Below the pieces are notes generated by a model. That model was given only the letters and a program-made list of their open reading frames with translations. It was not told the DNA's origin and did no database searches. Positions 1 through 10,650 of a stretch of DNA of 32,000 nucleotides are shown here, in pieces (the stretch's first letter is position 1; the number at the start of each line of letters is the position of its first letter). The position numbers were made by a program, and so were the translations under genes. Origin of the DNA: Nitrosospira multiformis ATCC 25196 (lineage in GTDB: Bacteria > Pseudomonadota > Gammaproteobacteria > Burkholderiales > Nitrosomonadaceae); contig NC_007614.1 in the NCBI RefSeq assembly GCF_000196355.1, positions 900,001-932,000 of the forward strand. The letters run 5' to 3'.

Positions 1-33
1 ACAACCTTTGTTGTACGACAAGTGGGCGGTTAA
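1..33 (+). CDS. rplP: 50S ribosomal protein L16, C-terminal fragment (gene begins upstream of window)
   Basis: Frame 1 reads [10 protein letters not shown]-stop, resembling the conserved KTxFV C-terminus of L16. It lies directly upstream of rpmC, as in S10 operons. Confidence 0.6.
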   Translation, partial: TTFVVRQVGG

Positions 34-35
34 TC

Positions 36-236
36 ATGAAATCCAGAGCCAAGGAATTGAGAAACAAGAATCCAGTGGAATTGCAGCAGGAGTTGCTGGA
101 ACTGCTAAGGGCGCAGTTTGGCCTGCGGATGCAGCATGCAACCCAGCAGTTAAGCAATACTTCCCAACTGAGCAATATTCGGCGGGACATAGCGCGTACC
201 AGAACCATTCTTAGCCAGAAGGCAAGGCAGTCATGA
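36..236 (+). CDS. rpmC: 50S ribosomal protein L29
   Basis: 66-aa [36 protein letters not shown]..., typical L29 sequence and size. Its stop overlaps the rpsQ start. Confidence 0.95.
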   Translation: MKSRAKELRNKNPVELQQELLELLRAQFGLRMQHATQQLSNTSQLSNIRRDIARTRTILSQKARQS

Positions 237-499
237 GCGAAGCGAATTTAAATCGTACTCTTAGCGGAAAAGTGGTAAGCGATAAAATGAATAAGACCAT
301 TACTGTTCTGGTTGAACGTAAGGTCAAACATCCGCTTTACGGAAAGATTATGGTTCGCTCCAAAAAATATCATGTTCATGACGAAGCCAATGAGTTCCAC
401 ACTGGAGATGTGGTGGTGATAGAAGAGTGTCGTCCATTATCCAAAACAAAAGCCTGGCGTGTCGTCAAGTTGATGCAAAAAGCCGAACAGGTGAGTTGA
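233..499 (+). CDS. rpsQ: 30S ribosomal protein S17
   Basis: 88-aa ORF with the S17 hallmark [29 protein letters not shown]. Last gene of the S10 operon. Confidence 0.95.
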   Translation: MSEANLNRTLSGKVVSDKMNKTITVLVERKVKHPLYGKIMVRSKKYHVHDEANEFHTGDVVVIEECRPLSKTKAWRVVKLMQKAEQVS

Positions 500-534
500 T
501 TAAGAGGAAAACCGGCTGTTGGAAGTTTTCTTCC

Positions 535-563
535 TTGTTTTTGTAATCCGGTTGCCTTATAAT
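535..563 (+). promoter_or_regulatory. Candidate sigma70 promoter of the spc operon (TTGTTT-N17-TATAAT)
   Basis: A perfect TATAAT sits at 558-563 with TTGTTT 17 nt upstream, in the 197-bp rpsQ-rplN spacer where the spc promoter lies in other bacteria. Hand-scanned only. Confidence 0.35.
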
Positions 564-696
564 TCTGCCTCTTCATTTTTCAGATACCTTAATTTTTTTG
601 CAGCCGGTAGATTCTGGCGGCATCACAACCCAGACGGGTTCCAATACTATCCTAGCCTTTGATTCGGCTGGAAAAGTTGGAGAGAGTGAGTAAATC

Positions 697-1065
697 ATGA
701 TCCAAATGCAATCGATTCTGCAAGTCGCCGACAATACCGGCGCACGGTCGCTCATGTGCATAAAGGTATTAGGCGGTTCCAAGCGACGTTATGCGGGTAT
801 TGGCGATATTATAAAAGTCAGCGTAAAGGACGTGGCGCCTCGCGGTCGCGTCAAAAAGGGTGAAGTGTACAATGCAGTCGTGGTACGAACTTCGAAAGGA
901 GTGCGTCGTGCGGATGGATCATTAATCAAGTTCGACGGCAACGCCGCGGTACTGTTGAATGCCAAGCTGGAACCAATCGGCACGCGTATTTTTGGTCCCG
1001 TCACACGTGAGTTGCGTACCGCACGTTTCATGAAAATTGTTTCGCTCGCCCCTGAAGTACTGTAG
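697..1065 (+). CDS. rplN: 50S ribosomal protein L14
   Basis: 122-aa [20 protein letters not shown]...; canonical L14 N-terminus and length. Confidence 0.97.
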   Translation: MIQMQSILQVADNTGARSLMCIKVLGGSKRRYAGIGDIIKVSVKDVAPRGRVKKGEVYNAVVVRTSKGVRRADGSLIKFDGNAAVLLNAKLEPIGTRIFGPVTRELRTARFMKIVSLAPEVL

Positions 1066-1087
1066 GACGCGGGATAAGGAATCAAAC

Positions 1088-1405
1088 ATGAGCAAAATAA
1101 AGAAGGGAGATGACGTAATTGTCATCGCCGGCAAGGACAAGGGTAAACGTGGCACGGTGTTGCGTGTCATGAAGCCGGATCTTGTGGTCGTTGAAGGTGT
1201 CAATCGCCTCAAGAAACATCAGAGACCCAATCCGAATAAAGGCGACACGGGTGGAATCGTCGAAATGGATAGCCCTATACAGGTTTCAAACATCGCAATC
1301 TACAATCCCGCAACCCGGAAGGCAGATCGGATAGGTTTCAAAACCGTAGAAGGAAAAGGCAAGGCCCGCTGCTTCAGGTCGAATGAAGAACTGATCGATG
1401 CCTAA
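1088..1405 (+). CDS. rplX: 50S ribosomal protein L24
   Basis: The ORF-track entry 1037-1405 is over-extended. The ATG at 1088 ([25 protein letters not shown] motif) follows an AAGGA Shine-Dalgarno and the rplN stop. Confidence 0.93.
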   Translation: MSKIKKGDDVIVIAGKDKGKRGTVLRVMKPDLVVVEGVNRLKKHQRPNPNKGDTGGIVEMDSPIQVSNIAIYNPATRKADRIGFKTVEGKGKARCFRSNEELIDA

Positions 1406-1422
1406 GGGTTAGGGGAAAACAC

Positions 1423-1962
1423 ATGGCGCGTTTACAAGAGTATTACCGTAGCACCGTAGTCCAGCAGTTAATGGAGCAATTCGGCTATAAGTCTGTGATG
1501 GAGGTGCCGCGCATTCGCAAAATCACCCTCAATATGGGTGTGGGCGAGGCGGTCGCGGACAAAAAAATCATGGATAACGCTGTGGGTGACATGCAGAAGA
1601 TTGCAGGCCAGAAGCCTGTGGTGACGAAAGCGAGAAAATCCATTGCCACTTTCAAGGTTCGTGATGGCTATCCGGTAGGTTGCATGGTTACGCTGCGCCG
1701 CGTTCGCATGTACGAATTCCTCGACCGTCTGGTAAATATCGCTATACCGCGTATTCGTGACTTTCGCGGTATTTCCGGTAGATCCTTCGATGGACGCGGC
1801 AATTATAATATGGGTATAAAGGAGCAGATCATTTTCCCGGAGATCGAATATGACAAAATCGATGCCTTGCGGGGGATGAACATCACGATTACCACGACTG
1901 CAAAGACAGATGCGGAAGCAAAGGCATTGCTGGCAGCATTCAAATTTCCATTTAAAAACTGA
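1423..1962 (+). CDS. rplE: 50S ribosomal protein L5
   Basis: 179-aa [34 protein letters not shown]...; L5 family, in spc operon order. Confidence 0.97.
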   Translation: MARLQEYYRSTVVQQLMEQFGYKSVMEVPRIRKITLNMGVGEAVADKKIMDNAVGDMQKIAGQKPVVTKARKSIATFKVRDGYPVGCMVTLRRVRMYEFLDRLVNIAIPRIRDFRGISGRSFDGRGNYNMGIKEQIIFPEIEYDKIDALRGMNITITTTAKTDAEAKALLAAFKFPFKN

Positions 1963-1968
1963 GGGAGC

Positions 1969-2274
1969 ATGGCTAAGGTAGCTGTTATTAACCGTGATCT
2001 GAAACGTCGGAAAATCGTCAAAAAATTCGAGGCGCGACGTGCTGAGTTGTTGGCGACCATCAATGATGCCAGCGTAAGTGACGAGGATCGTCATTCGGCC
2101 AGGATCAAGTTGCAGATGTTGCCGCGCAATGCCAGCCCCGTGCGATTGCGCAACCGCTGCTCGCTCACAGGCCGTCCGCGTGGGGTATACAGCAAATTTG
2201 GATTGGGACGTGGCAAGCTTCGTGATATCGCCATGAGCGGAGAGATTCCGGGCATGATCAAGGCGAGCTGGTAG
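1969..2274 (+). CDS. rpsN: 30S ribosomal protein S14
   Basis: 101-aa ORF ending ...[21 protein letters not shown], the typical long-form S14 C-terminus. Confidence 0.95.
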   Translation: MAKVAVINRDLKRRKIVKKFEARRAELLATINDASVSDEDRHSARIKLQMLPRNASPVRLRNRCSLTGRPRGVYSKFGLGRGKLRDIAMSGEIPGMIKASW

Positions 2275-2420
2275 GGGAGTGAGGGTAATAATTGATGGCG
2301 TTTGATTCAAGGAATCGAACAGACCGCGTAAATTTATGGATTAGATCCAGTATGGTCAATGTGGTTTCAAGGGTTTCGTATTCGCCGGTAACGAAAGTCG
2401 GATTTCCAGAGGTATTCTAG

Positions 2421-2816
2421 ATGAGCATGAGTGATCCCATTGCAGACATGCTGACGCGAATTCGAAACGCGCAGCTATCTGAAAAAACATCTGTAGTAAT
2501 GCCTGCCTCCAAGCTTAAAGCGGCTATTGCTCAAGTGCTGAAGGATGAGGGGTATGTCGAGGATTTTATAGTTCATGAGGCCGGCGGAAAATCGATACTG
2601 GATATCAGTCTGAAGTATTACGCAGGACGTCCGGTAATTGAAAGAATAGAGCGTGTCAGTCGTCCTGGTTTGCGGATATATAAAGGCAGCAATAAACTTC
2701 CCAACGTAATGAATGGCCTGGGAGTGGCTATCGTGTCAACATCGAAAGGCGTAATGACGGAAAGAAAAGCGCGCGCAAATGGTGTAGGCGGCGAAGTATT
2801 ATGCATTGTGGCGTAA
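2421..2816 (+). CDS. rpsH: 30S ribosomal protein S8
   Basis: 131-aa [20 protein letters not shown]..., the S8 signature N-terminus. Confidence 0.96.
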   Translation: MSMSDPIADMLTRIRNAQLSEKTSVVMPASKLKAAIAQVLKDEGYVEDFIVHEAGGKSILDISLKYYAGRPVIERIERVSRPGLRIYKGSNKLPNVMNGLGVAIVSTSKGVMTERKARANGVGGEVLCIVA

Positions 2817-2827
2817 GGGTATAGAAA

Positions 2828-3361
2828 ATGTCTCGAGTGGGTAAAAATCCTGTTTCAGTTCCGGCAAATGTCGAAGTCAGGCTATCCGGGTCAGAAGTGG
2901 AGGTAAAGGGTCCGCTGGGTATGCTGCGTCACGAGCTTGTTTCGGATATTTCGATTGAGCGCAAGGGCGAAAGCCTGCTAGTGAAAGCGGCTGATGATTC
3001 CAAGCACGCCAACGCAATGTGGGGGACCACTCGTGCGCTGCTCGCCAACATGGTGAAGGGCGTCACCACCGGTTTTGAGAAAAGGCTGATTCTGGTTGGC
3101 GTAGGATACCGCGCCCAGGCTGCAGATAACGTGCTTAACTTGACGTTAGGATTCTCTCATCCAATCGCTCACAAAATGCCCGAAGGTATCAAAGTCGAGA
3201 CTCCAAGTCAGACCGAGGTTGTCATCAAGGGCATGGACAAGCAGCAGGTAGGACAAGTGGCTGCGGATGTACGTGCATACAGGGAGCCGGAGCCATACAA
3301 GGGCAAGGGCGTGCGTTATGCGGACGAAGTCATCGTCCTGAAGGAAACGAAGAAAAAATAG
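2828..3361 (+). CDS. rplF: 50S ribosomal protein L6
   Basis: 177-aa [20 protein letters not shown]...; L6 family, in operon order. Confidence 0.96.
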   Translation: MSRVGKNPVSVPANVEVRLSGSEVEVKGPLGMLRHELVSDISIERKGESLLVKAADDSKHANAMWGTTRALLANMVKGVTTGFEKRLILVGVGYRAQAADNVLNLTLGFSHPIAHKMPEGIKVETPSQTEVVIKGMDKQQVGQVAADVRAYREPEPYKGKGVRYADEVIVLKETKKK

Positions 3362-3372
3362 TCAGGGTAAAT

Positions 3373-3729
3373 ATGCCGAATTCCATAGAATCCCGTTTAC
3401 GGCGCGCGCGACAAACGCGTGCCAAAATTGCTGAATTGAAGGTGGTAAGACTGGCAATTCATCGTAGCAATTCGCATATTTATGCGCAATTGATAGACGG
3501 CTCCGGTAGCAAGGTGCTCGCCAGCGCATCCACCCTCGAGCCGGAACTGCGCAAGGAGCTTCCCAATGGCGGAACGGTGACCGCAGCGGCAGTCGTTGGT
3601 AAAAGGGTTGCAGAGAAGGCGCGGGGTCTCGGCATTGAGACAGTGGCGTTCGACCGTTCAGGTTTCAAATACCATGGGCGTGTGAAAGCATTGGCTGACG
3701 CCGCCCGGGAAAACGGCCTCAAATTCTGA
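3373..3729 (+). CDS. rplR: 50S ribosomal protein L18
   Basis: 118-aa ORF with ...[19 protein letters not shown]... and ...[26 protein letters not shown], typical of L18. Confidence 0.96.
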   Translation: MPNSIESRLRRARQTRAKIAELKVVRLAIHRSNSHIYAQLIDGSGSKVLASASTLEPELRKELPNGGTVTAAAVVGKRVAEKARGLGIETVAFDRSGFKYHGRVKALADAARENGLKF

Positions 3730-3749
3730 GTGAGGAAGGATGAAGGATA

Positions 3750-4292
3750 ATGGCTAAAATGCAGGGGCGGATGCAAGGTAAGGTGGCTCCGGGCGACGAC
3801 CGCGGAGACGGACTCAAGGAAAAGATGGTGGCCATCAATCGCGTTACCAAGGTGGTCAAAGGAGGACGTATTCTGGGCTTTGCTGCTCTGACCGTTGTCG
3901 GGAATGGCGATGGTGGCGTGGGCATGGGTAAGGGGAAATCGCGTGAGGTACCCGTGGCGGTACAAAAGGCGATGGACGAAGCGCGCCGCAAGATGATCAA
4001 GGTGAGTCTCAAGAATGGGACGCTCCAACATCCGGTAATCGGGCGGCATGGCGCGGCCAAGGTGTACATGCAACCTGCATCGGAGGGAACTGGCATCATT
4101 GCCGGCGGACCGATGCGCGCAATATTTGAAGTAATGGGTGTGCACAATATCCTTGCCAAATGTATTGGCTCGACCAATCCGTACAATGTTGTCCGTGCAA
4201 CTCTCAACGGCCTGCAGGCGATGAGTAATCCCGCCGAGATAGCCGCCAAGCGGGGCAAGAGCGTCGAAGAGATTTTGGGGTTGGAGAAATGA
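3750..4292 (+). CDS. rpsE: 30S ribosomal protein S5
   Basis: The 180-aa ORF contains [18 protein letters not shown] and [17 protein letters not shown] motifs. The N-terminus is about 10 aa longer than E. coli S5, so a start at 3759 or 3771 is also possible. Confidence 0.93.
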   Translation: MAKMQGRMQGKVAPGDDRGDGLKEKMVAINRVTKVVKGGRILGFAALTVVGNGDGGVGMGKGKSREVPVAVQKAMDEARRKMIKVSLKNGTLQHPVIGRHGAAKVYMQPASEGTGIIAGGPMRAIFEVMGVHNILAKCIGSTNPYNVVRATLNGLQAMSNPAEIAAKRGKSVEEILGLEK

Positions 4293-4477
4293 CGCAAAAT
4301 CCGAAGAAGATAAAAGTAACCCTGGTCAAGAGTCTGATTGGAACGAAACAGGCACATCGAGCAACCGCCCGGGGATTGGGACTACGTCATGTCAACAGCA
4401 GCGTGGAAGTGGAAGATACCCCGGCGGTGCGAGGCATGATCAATAACATTTATTACCTCGTAAAGAGTGAGGTTTAG
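4289..4477 (+). CDS. rpmD: 50S ribosomal protein L30
   Basis: 62-aa ORF ...[27 protein letters not shown]...; L30. Its start overlaps the rpsE stop. Confidence 0.94.
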   Translation: MTQNPKKIKVTLVKSLIGTKQAHRATARGLGLRHVNSSVEVEDTPAVRGMINNIYYLVKSEV

Positions 4478-4909
4478 ATGCAGCTGAATTCCATTAAACC
4501 AGCCCCTGGGGCCAAGCATCCAAAGCGCAGGGTAGGCCGTGGTATCGGCTCCGGTCTTGGCAAGACCGCCGGGCGTGGACATAAGGGACAGAAATCCCGT
4601 GCGGGCGGTTTTCATAAAGTCGGTTTTGAAGGGGGTCAAATGCCCTTGCAACGGCGCTTGCCCAAGCGCGGCTTTGTTTCGCCCACAAAAAAGAATGATG
4701 CGGAGGTGCGCCTGTCTGCGCTTGACAGAATACCCGGCGATATCATCGATATTCTGATCCTGAAGCAAGCGGGGCTTGTCTCCGGTTCCGCTTTGAACGT
4801 CAAGGTAATACTTTCGGGAAAGATCGAGCGCGCAGTGAAGCTTCAGGGCATTCCCGTAACCAAGGGCGCGAAAGCAGCTATTGAAGCTGCTGGTGGTAGT
4901 GTCGAATAA
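4478..4909 (+). CDS. rplO: 50S ribosomal protein L15
   Basis: 143-aa [41 protein letters not shown]...; L15 signature. Confidence 0.96.
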   Translation: MQLNSIKPAPGAKHPKRRVGRGIGSGLGKTAGRGHKGQKSRAGGFHKVGFEGGQMPLQRRLPKRGFVSPTKKNDAEVRLSALDRIPGDIIDILILKQAGLVSGSALNVKVILSGKIERAVKLQGIPVTKGAKAAIEAAGGSVE

Positions 4910-4926
4910 GTACGAGAGGATATATA

Positions 4927-6255
4927 TTGGCCGCTAGCGACTCCCTGCGGGGACTCTCCGGAAAACTCGGCGACTTGAAGCGCCGGTTATGGTTTTTGCT
5001 GCTCGCATTGGTTGTCTACCGTATCGGCGCGCATGTGCCAGTACCCGGTATCGATCCGGTGGTATTGAAGGATCTGTTCGAATCGCAGCAGGGCGGCATC
5101 CTGGGCATGTTCAACATGTTTTCCGGCGGGGCCCTTTCCCGTTTTTCGATATTTGCCCTGGGTATCATGCCGTACATTTCGGCATCGATTATCATGCAGT
5201 TGGGCACCGTGGCATTCCCTTATCTCGAGGCCCTGAAGAAAGAGGGTGAGTCAGGGCGCAGAAAGATTACCCAGTACACCCGGTATGGTACTCTGGGCCT
5301 GGCGCTGGTTCAGGGTTATGGCATCTCGATCGCACTACAATCCCAGCCTGGTCTGGTGATAGAGCCCGGTCCGATGTTCCTGCTGACCACGGTTATAACA
5401 TTGGTGACGGGCACCATATTTCTCATGTGGCTGGGAGAACAGATTACCGAACGCGGCATTGGCAACGGGATTTCGCTCATTATATTTGCCGGGATTGCTG
5501 CAGGTCTTCCAAGTGCAATTGGAGGCACGCTGGAGCTGGTGCGAACGGGCGCCATGCACTTCCTGGTGGCGCTAGGAATTTTCGTGGCGGCGACGGTGGT
5601 TACGGGATTCGTTGTCTTTGTCGAGCGGGGGCAACGCAAGATACTGGTGAATTATGCAAAGCGTCAGGTTGGACGCAAGGTTTATGGCGGTCAAAGCTCT
5701 CACCTGCCTCTTAAGCTGAACATGTCCGGCGTGATTCCGCCGATCTTTGCTTCCAGCATCATATTGTTTCCCGCCACGCTGGCTGGTTGGTTTTCGACGG
5801 GAGAATCAATGGACTGGCTAAAGGATATAAGCGGGGCGTTATCGCCTGGACAGCCGGTGTACGTAATCATGTACGCGGCAATGATCATATTCTTCTGCTT
5901 TTTTTATACGGCCCTGGTGTTCAATCCCAAGGAAACCGCGGAGAACCTGAAAAAAAGCGGAGCATTCATTCCCGGCATTCGCCCAGGTGATCAAACGGCA
6001 CGATATATTGAACGCATCATGTTGCGCCTTACTCTCACCGGTGCAATTTACGTAACGCTCGTGTGTCTGTTGCCGGAATTTTTGATTTTGAAATGGAATG
6101 TTCCATTCTATTTTGGTGGAACTTCCCTGCTTATCATCGTCGTGGTAACGATGGATTTCATGGCGCAGGTGCAAGCCTACATCATGTCTCATCAGTATGA
6201 GAGCCTCTTGAAAAAAACCAACTTCAAGGGCGGTGGCGGATTGCCGGCGAGATAA
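4927..6255 (+). CDS. secY: Preprotein translocase subunit SecY
   Basis: 442-aa polytopic membrane ORF in the canonical spc-operon position. TTG start preceded by GAGAGGA. Confidence 0.95.
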   Translation: MAASDSLRGLSGKLGDLKRRLWFLLLALVVYRIGAHVPVPGIDPVVLKDLFESQQGGILGMFNMFSGGALSRFSIFALGIMPYISASIIMQLGTVAFPYLEALKKEGESGRRKITQYTRYGTLGLALVQGYGISIALQSQPGLVIEPGPMFLLTTVITLVTGTIFLMWLGEQITERGIGNGISLIIFAGIAAGLPSAIGGTLELVRTGAMHFLVALGIFVAATVVTGFVVFVERGQRKILVNYAKRQVGRKVYGGQSSHLPLKLNMSGVIPPIFASSIILFPATLAGWFSTGESMDWLKDISGALSPGQPVYVIMYAAMIIFFCFFYTALVFNPKETAENLKKSGAFIPGIRPGDQTARYIERIMLRLTLTGAIYVTLVCLLPEFLILKWNVPFYFGGTSLLIIVVVTMDFMAQVQAYIMSHQYESLLKKTNFKGGGGLPAR

Positions 6256-6273
6256 AAGCGCATCAAGGATAGG

Positions 6274-6492
6274 ATGGCAAAGGAAGAAACCATACAAATG
6301 CAGGGCGAGATACTGGAAACGTTGCCGAATGCGACGTTTCGGGTCAAGCTGGAAAACGGACATATAGTGTTGGGACATATTTCCGGCAAGATGCGGATGC
6401 ACTACATTCGGATTCTGCCTGGAGATAAGGTAACGGTAGATCTGACACCATACGATTTAAGCAGGGCGCGCATTACGTTTCGTGCCAAATAG
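6274..6492 (+). CDS. infA: Translation initiation factor IF-1
   Basis: 72-aa [33 protein letters not shown]...; IF-1 S1-like fold sequence. Confidence 0.96.
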   Translation: MAKEETIQMQGEILETLPNATFRVKLENGHIVLGHISGKMRMHYIRILPGDKVTVDLTPYDLSRARITFRAK

Positions 6493-6509
6493 CCGGAGAG
6501 GGGTAAATA

Positions 6510-6623
6510 ATGAAAGTACTGGCATCGGTAAAAAAGATTTGCCGAAATTGCAAAATCATCAGACGCAACCGGATAGTGCGCGTGATCTGCACAGACCCGC
6601 GGCATAAACAGCGTCAGGGTTGA
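6510..6623 (+). CDS. rpmJ: 50S ribosomal protein L36
   Basis: Not in the ORF track because it is under 60 aa. Hand translation gives [37 protein letters not shown] (37 aa), a canonical L36 with Cys/His zinc-ribbon residues. Confidence 0.93.
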   Translation: MKVLASVKKICRNCKIIRRNRIVRVICTDPRHKQRQG

Positions 6624-6675
6624 GTCGGCTACGCATTCTAAGATGTTATAATCCCAAATTTTTGTAGGAAAACGT

Positions 6676-7053
6676 ATGGCCCGTATTGCTGGAGTAAACA
6701 TCCCCAACCATCAGCATGCTGAAATTGCGCTGACAGCGATTTATGGCATTGGTCGTGCGAGAGCTCGTGAGATTTGTGAGGCGGCTGGAATCAACGTCTC
6801 GACCAAGATGAAAGATGTAACCGACGCGGAAATGGACAAGTTGCGGGATAACGTCGCGAAATTTGTGGTCGAAGGCGATCTCCGACGGGAAGTTTCAATG
6901 AATATCAAGCGCCTGATGGACCTCGGCTGCTATCGGGGATTGCGTCATCGTCGTGGCCTCCCGGTACGGGGTCAGCGTACCCGCACGAATGCCAGAACGC
7001 GTAAGGGACCCAGGAAGGCCGTTCGTGCTTCCAGCGCCAAGGCAGGAAGATAA
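6676..7053 (+). CDS. rpsM: 30S ribosomal protein S13
   Basis: 125-aa [33 protein letters not shown]...; S13. Confidence 0.96.
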   Translation: MARIAGVNIPNHQHAEIALTAIYGIGRARAREICEAAGINVSTKMKDVTDAEMDKLRDNVAKFVVEGDLRREVSMNIKRLMDLGCYRGLRHRRGLPVRGQRTRTNARTRKGPRKAVRASSAKAGR

Positions 7054-7098
7054 ATTTTAGCCAATCAATCGAATGGCAGGGCAGAAGGATAGATCAAT

Positions 7099-7488
7099 AT
7101 GGTAAAAGCAGCCACGCGAGTACGCAAGAAAGTCAAAAAGAACGTAGCGGAAGGTATTGCGCATGTACATGCTTCGTTTAATAACACTATTGTGACGATA
7201 ACGGACCGTCAGGGGAACGCGCTATCGTGGGCTACTTCCGGAGGGGCAGGTTTTAAAGGGTCACGCAAGAGTACACCGTTTGCCGCCCAGGTTGCAGCGG
7301 AGCAAGCCGGCAGGGCTGCACAGGAATATGGGGTAAAGAACCTCGAAGTGCGTATAAAAGGTCCGGGGCCCGGGCGGGAATCCGCAGTGCGTGCACTGAA
7401 TGCAGCCGGTTTTAAAATTACCAGTATTTCGGACGTGACACCCGTTCCACATAACGGTTGTCGGCCGCCGAAGAAACGTCGTATTTAA
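7099..7488 (+). CDS. rpsK: 30S ribosomal protein S11
   Basis: 129-aa ORF ...[30 protein letters not shown]...; S11. Confidence 0.96.
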   Translation: MVKAATRVRKKVKKNVAEGIAHVHASFNNTIVTITDRQGNALSWATSGGAGFKGSRKSTPFAAQVAAEQAGRAAQEYGVKNLEVRIKGPGPGRESAVRALNAAGFKITSISDVTPVPHNGCRPPKKRRI

Positions 7489-7497
7489 GGAGTTACC

Positions 7498-8124
7498 GTG
7501 GCGAGAAATCTTGATCCCAAATGCCGTCAATGCCGACGTGAGGGTGAGAAGCTGTTCCTTAAAGGTGAGAAATGTTTTACCGATAAGTGTGCCATCGAGC
7601 GCCGGAATTACGCGCCTGGGCAACACGGTCAGAAAAGTGGCCGTTTATCGGACTACGGAGTGCAATTACGCGAAAAGCAGAAGCTGCGCCGAATATATGG
7701 AGTGCTGGAGCGTCAGTTCCGTAATGGTTACGAGCTTGCGGAGAGGCAGCGCGGTGTTACGGGCGAAAATCTCCTACAATTACTGGAATGCCGGCTTGAC
7801 ACGGTTTCCTATCGCATGGGGTTTGGCGCATCGCGGTCCGAAGCGCGTCAGATTGTCCGTCATAACGGGATTCTGGTAAATGGCAGGAGAATCAATATTC
7901 CTTCCTATCAGGTAAAACCGGGAGATGTTATAGAAGTTGCAGAGAAGGCAAAGAATCATTTGCGTATCAAGGCGTCCGTGGAAGCTGCCGAACAGCGGCA
8001 CTTTCCGGAATGGCTGGAGGTGGACACTAAAGCCATGAAGGGAACTTTCAAGAACAAACCCGAGAGATCCGATTTACCGTCAAGCATCAATGAATCTCTC
8101 GTAATTGAATTGTATTCCAAGTAA
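7498..8124 (+). CDS. rpsD: 30S ribosomal protein S4
   Basis: 208-aa ORF with a GTG start, [26 protein letters not shown]...; S4. Confidence 0.95.
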   Translation: MARNLDPKCRQCRREGEKLFLKGEKCFTDKCAIERRNYAPGQHGQKSGRLSDYGVQLREKQKLRRIYGVLERQFRNGYELAERQRGVTGENLLQLLECRLDTVSYRMGFGASRSEARQIVRHNGILVNGRRINIPSYQVKPGDVIEVAEKAKNHLRIKASVEAAEQRHFPEWLEVDTKAMKGTFKNKPERSDLPSSINESLVIELYSK

Positions 8125-8157
8125 TGAGTCGCCACGTTTCCGCAAAAGGATCAGGCT

Positions 8158-9162
8158 ATGCAAAGTAACACCTTTCTTACGCCGCGTATTATCGATGTGC
8201 AGAATATATCGCCGCTCCATGCAAGAATCACGATGGAGCCGTTCGAGCGCGGCTATGGCCATACGCTGGGCAACGCGTTACGGCGTATTCTGCTTTCATC
8301 GATGCCGGGATTTGCGCCAACGGAAGTTCAGATCAGTGGTGTCGTTCACGAATACTCCGCCCTGGACGGCGTGCAGGAAGACGTGGTTGATATCCTGCTC
8401 AATCTCAAAGGTATTGTCCTGAAATTGCACAATCGTACAGAGGCACTTCTGACCCTGAGCAAAAAGGGAGAAGGAACGGTTACTGCGGGCGATATCGAGG
8501 GGGGGCATGATGTCGAGATCATTAATCCCGACCATGTCGTTGCCCACCTTACGTCCGGCGGCAAGCTGGATATGCAGATCAAGGTGGAAATGGGACGGGG
8601 CTACGTGCCGGGAACTGTCCGCCAGTTGGCGCACGAAAGCCGTGCTATCGGCAGCATTCTGCTGGATGCATCTTTCAGTCCTGTGCGGCGGGTAAGTTAT
8701 GCAGTGGAAAGCGCCCGGGTTGAACAACGCACCGATCTGGATAAACTGGTCATGGACATCGAGACCAATGGTGTCGTTGACCCCGAGGAAGCAATCCGGT
8801 ATGCGGCAAAAGTCCTGGTCGAGCAACTCTCCGTATTTGCGGACCTCAAAGGCACGCCGCTGCCCGTGGAACAACCGAAATTGCCCCAGATTGATCCAGT
8901 GCTGCTTCGGCCGGTGGATGATCTTGAACTCACCGTACGTTCCGCGAATTGTCTCAAAGCGGAAAATATATATTATATTGGCGACCTGATCCAGCGGACG
9001 GAAACCGAGCTACTGAAAACCCCTAATCTGGGGCGGAAATCCTTGAATGAAATCAAGGAAGTGCTTGCTTCTCGCGGGTTGACGCTGGGCATGAAACTGG
9101 AGAGCTGGCCACCTTCCAATCTTGATAAGGGTAAAAAGGATACAAGTCATGCGGCACCATAA
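8158..9162 (+). CDS. rpoA: DNA-directed RNA polymerase alpha subunit
   Basis: 334-aa ORF containing ...[25 protein letters not shown]... and the C-terminal domain ...[22 protein letters not shown].... Confidence 0.97.
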   Translation: MQSNTFLTPRIIDVQNISPLHARITMEPFERGYGHTLGNALRRILLSSMPGFAPTEVQISGVVHEYSALDGVQEDVVDILLNLKGIVLKLHNRTEALLTLSKKGEGTVTAGDIEGGHDVEIINPDHVVAHLTSGGKLDMQIKVEMGRGYVPGTVRQLAHESRAIGSILLDASFSPVRRVSYAVESARVEQRTDLDKLVMDIETNGVVDPEEAIRYAAKVLVEQLSVFADLKGTPLPVEQPKLPQIDPVLLRPVDDLELTVRSANCLKAENIYYIGDLIQRTETELLKTPNLGRKSLNEIKEVLASRGLTLGMKLESWPPSNLDKGKKDTSHAAP

Positions 9163-9544
9163 TGGACTAAGGAAGCTTAATCGCACGAGCAGTCACCGCT
9201 CGGCCATGTTACGGAACATGACCAACTCCCTGTTGCGGCACGAGGTTATAAAAACGACTTTGCCCAAGGCTAAAGAGCTGCGTCGAGTTATTGAGCCGAT
9301 GATAACGCTTGGAAAAAAACCTTCACTGGCTAATCGTCGACTTGCGTTCGACCGGTTGCGGGATCGTGACATGGTTGGAAAACTGTTTAGCGAGCTGGGG
9401 CCCCGTTACCAGACCCGCAATGGCGGATATCTGCGTATTCTCAAGTTTGGGTTCCGCAAGGGCGATAACGCGCCTATGGCGCTGGTTGAATTGATGGATA
9501 GGCCGGAACAGCCAGCCACAGACACGGAAAGTAAGGCAGGTTAG
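9149..9544 (+). CDS. rplQ: 50S ribosomal protein L17
   Basis: The ORF-track start (9122) is over-extended. The ATG at 9149 gives [24 protein letters not shown], the canonical L17 N-terminus. It overlaps the rpoA 3' end by 14 nt. Confidence 0.93.
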   Translation: MRHHNGLRKLNRTSSHRSAMLRNMTNSLLRHEVIKTTLPKAKELRRVIEPMITLGKKPSLANRRLAFDRLRDRDMVGKLFSELGPRYQTRNGGYLRILKFGFRKGDNAPMALVELMDRPEQPATDTESKAG

Positions 9545-9561
9545 GGAGTTTTTTGGAAGAG

Positions 9562-9589
9562 AAAAAGCCGGGATTATCCCGGCTTTTTT
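9562..9589 (+). terminator. Rho-independent terminator of the alpha operon
   Basis: AAAAAGCCGGGA-tta-TCCCGGCTTTTTT: a perfect 7-bp GC stem plus a T6 run, 18 nt after the rplQ stop. Confidence 0.85.
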
Positions 9590-9748
9590 GTATTACCCTA
9601 TAGTTTCCAGTGGGCAACATACGATCCAGATTCCGGTAGTCAGGCTGGTCGGATATATGCCGAAGCTGCGTCTATCCCGGAATTCGTATCGGTTTTACCC
9701 CAATAAAGACACAATTGGTTTTTTTCCTGTACAGAGAGGACAGCCCTG

Positions 9749-10108
9749 ATGGATCTTGCAGATTGGACCGATGAGGAACTTGATTCGGTACGTGAGAAGC
9801 TACGAACCTGGTGTGTTAAGCGGCAGGAGCCTACGTGGACGAACAAATTCCTGAACTGGACAGGATTCATGGGCGCTTTTTCTGTTCTCACCGGGCTTAT
9901 GGATATTTTCTTTGGTGGGCCGGCACCCGTAAATGTTCTTCTGGTTGTTTTCGGGACTCTTGCATGTTTTTCATGGTACAAGGGTGATAAACAGCGAAAG
10001 AAGAATATCCAGTTTCTCGAAAAACTTGACCAGGAAATTTCCCGTCGAGGTGATAAGAGCAAAAAGAATCCACCTGCTATCGGAGACGTTCAGGAACATA
10101 TCTCATAG
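9749..10108 (+). CDS. Hypothetical small membrane protein (two predicted TM helices)
   Basis: The 119-aa ORF has a GAGAGGA Shine-Dalgarno. It has an acidic N-terminus, two hydrophobic segments (GFMGAFSVLTGLMDIFFG; VNVLLVVFGTLACFSWY) and a Lys/Arg-rich tail. The antisense ORF 9640-10062 looks non-protein-like. I recognise no family. Confidence 0.55.
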   Translation: MDLADWTDEELDSVREKLRTWCVKRQEPTWTNKFLNWTGFMGAFSVLTGLMDIFFGGPAPVNVLLVVFGTLACFSWYKGDKQRKKNIQFLEKLDQEISRRGDKSKKNPPAIGDVQEHIS

Positions 10109-10167
10109 ATGAAGCTTTGCGATCAGCTCTCCCTTTCTGAGTTGACGGGTGATCACAGGGGGCGGAT

Positions 10168-10629
10168 TTGGAGCAGGGCAAAAACAGGGAAGTTTTTGCA
10201 TCTCTTTGCCAGTTCCTCTGGATGCAAGGGCACCTGATACCTCTTATATATGACCTCAACCATGAGGTTTATTCAGATCAGGGCATCACATTGCCCGCAT
10301 TGAAAGCGCTGGAAGCAACCGGTTTGATATCTGTGGCACCGGCGGGATATGTAAAGAAAGGGTTTGGTCAACACACGCGGTTGTTTTATTTCGGAAGACC
10401 GACAAAAATACGATTCCCCGAGGAAGCCGGCAATCAACTTGATCTTGGCCATGTGCTTCTGACAGATAAGGGAAAAGCGCAGGCGGTAGCAAACTGCGAT
10501 GTCCAGAGTAATCAACGGTTTTATGAATATGTAATCGAAAAGTGGTTTCAGCAAGGACTGGTGATGTCCTCCATCTCCGAAAACAGTGATTTGGCTATTT
10601 TTCCCTTTTCATCTGTTGCATTCGAGTAA
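10168..10629 (+). CDS. Hypothetical soluble protein (153 aa; TTG start uncertain, alternative ATG at 10222)
   Basis: The frame stays open and the composition is protein-like (ITLPALKALEATGLISVAPAGYVKKGFG...LDLGHVLLTDKGKAQAVA). A G-rich Shine-Dalgarno-like stretch precedes the TTG. I can assign no family without a search. Confidence 0.45.
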   Translation: MEQGKNREVFASLCQFLWMQGHLIPLIYDLNHEVYSDQGITLPALKALEATGLISVAPAGYVKKGFGQHTRLFYFGRPTKIRFPEEAGNQLDLGHVLLTDKGKAQAVANCDVQSNQRFYEYVIEKWFQQGLVMSSISENSDLAIFPFSSVAFE

Positions 10630-10650
10630 TCTGCAGGCTTTCTTTTTTCT

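Noticed and set aside
1468-2310. 280-aa - strand ORF across rplE and rpsN, and similar antisense ORFs at 3480-4145, 3719-4357, 5839-6402 and 8296-8874.
   Set aside because: They are antisense to strongly recognisable ribosomal, secY and rpoA genes. The sequences are not protein-like.
6620-6652. Alpha-operon promoter call from the TATAAT at 6647-6652 upstream of rpsM.
   Set aside because: The only -35-like hexamer (TTGAGT, 6620-6625) is 21 nt away, which is too far. I could not support a specific promoter by eye.
9590-10650. Mobile element or genomic island call for the low-GC orphan region.
   Set aside because: I could see no integrase, transposase, tRNA target, or flanking direct or inverted repeats. 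The composition shift is modest, so it is reported only as an orphan gene pair.
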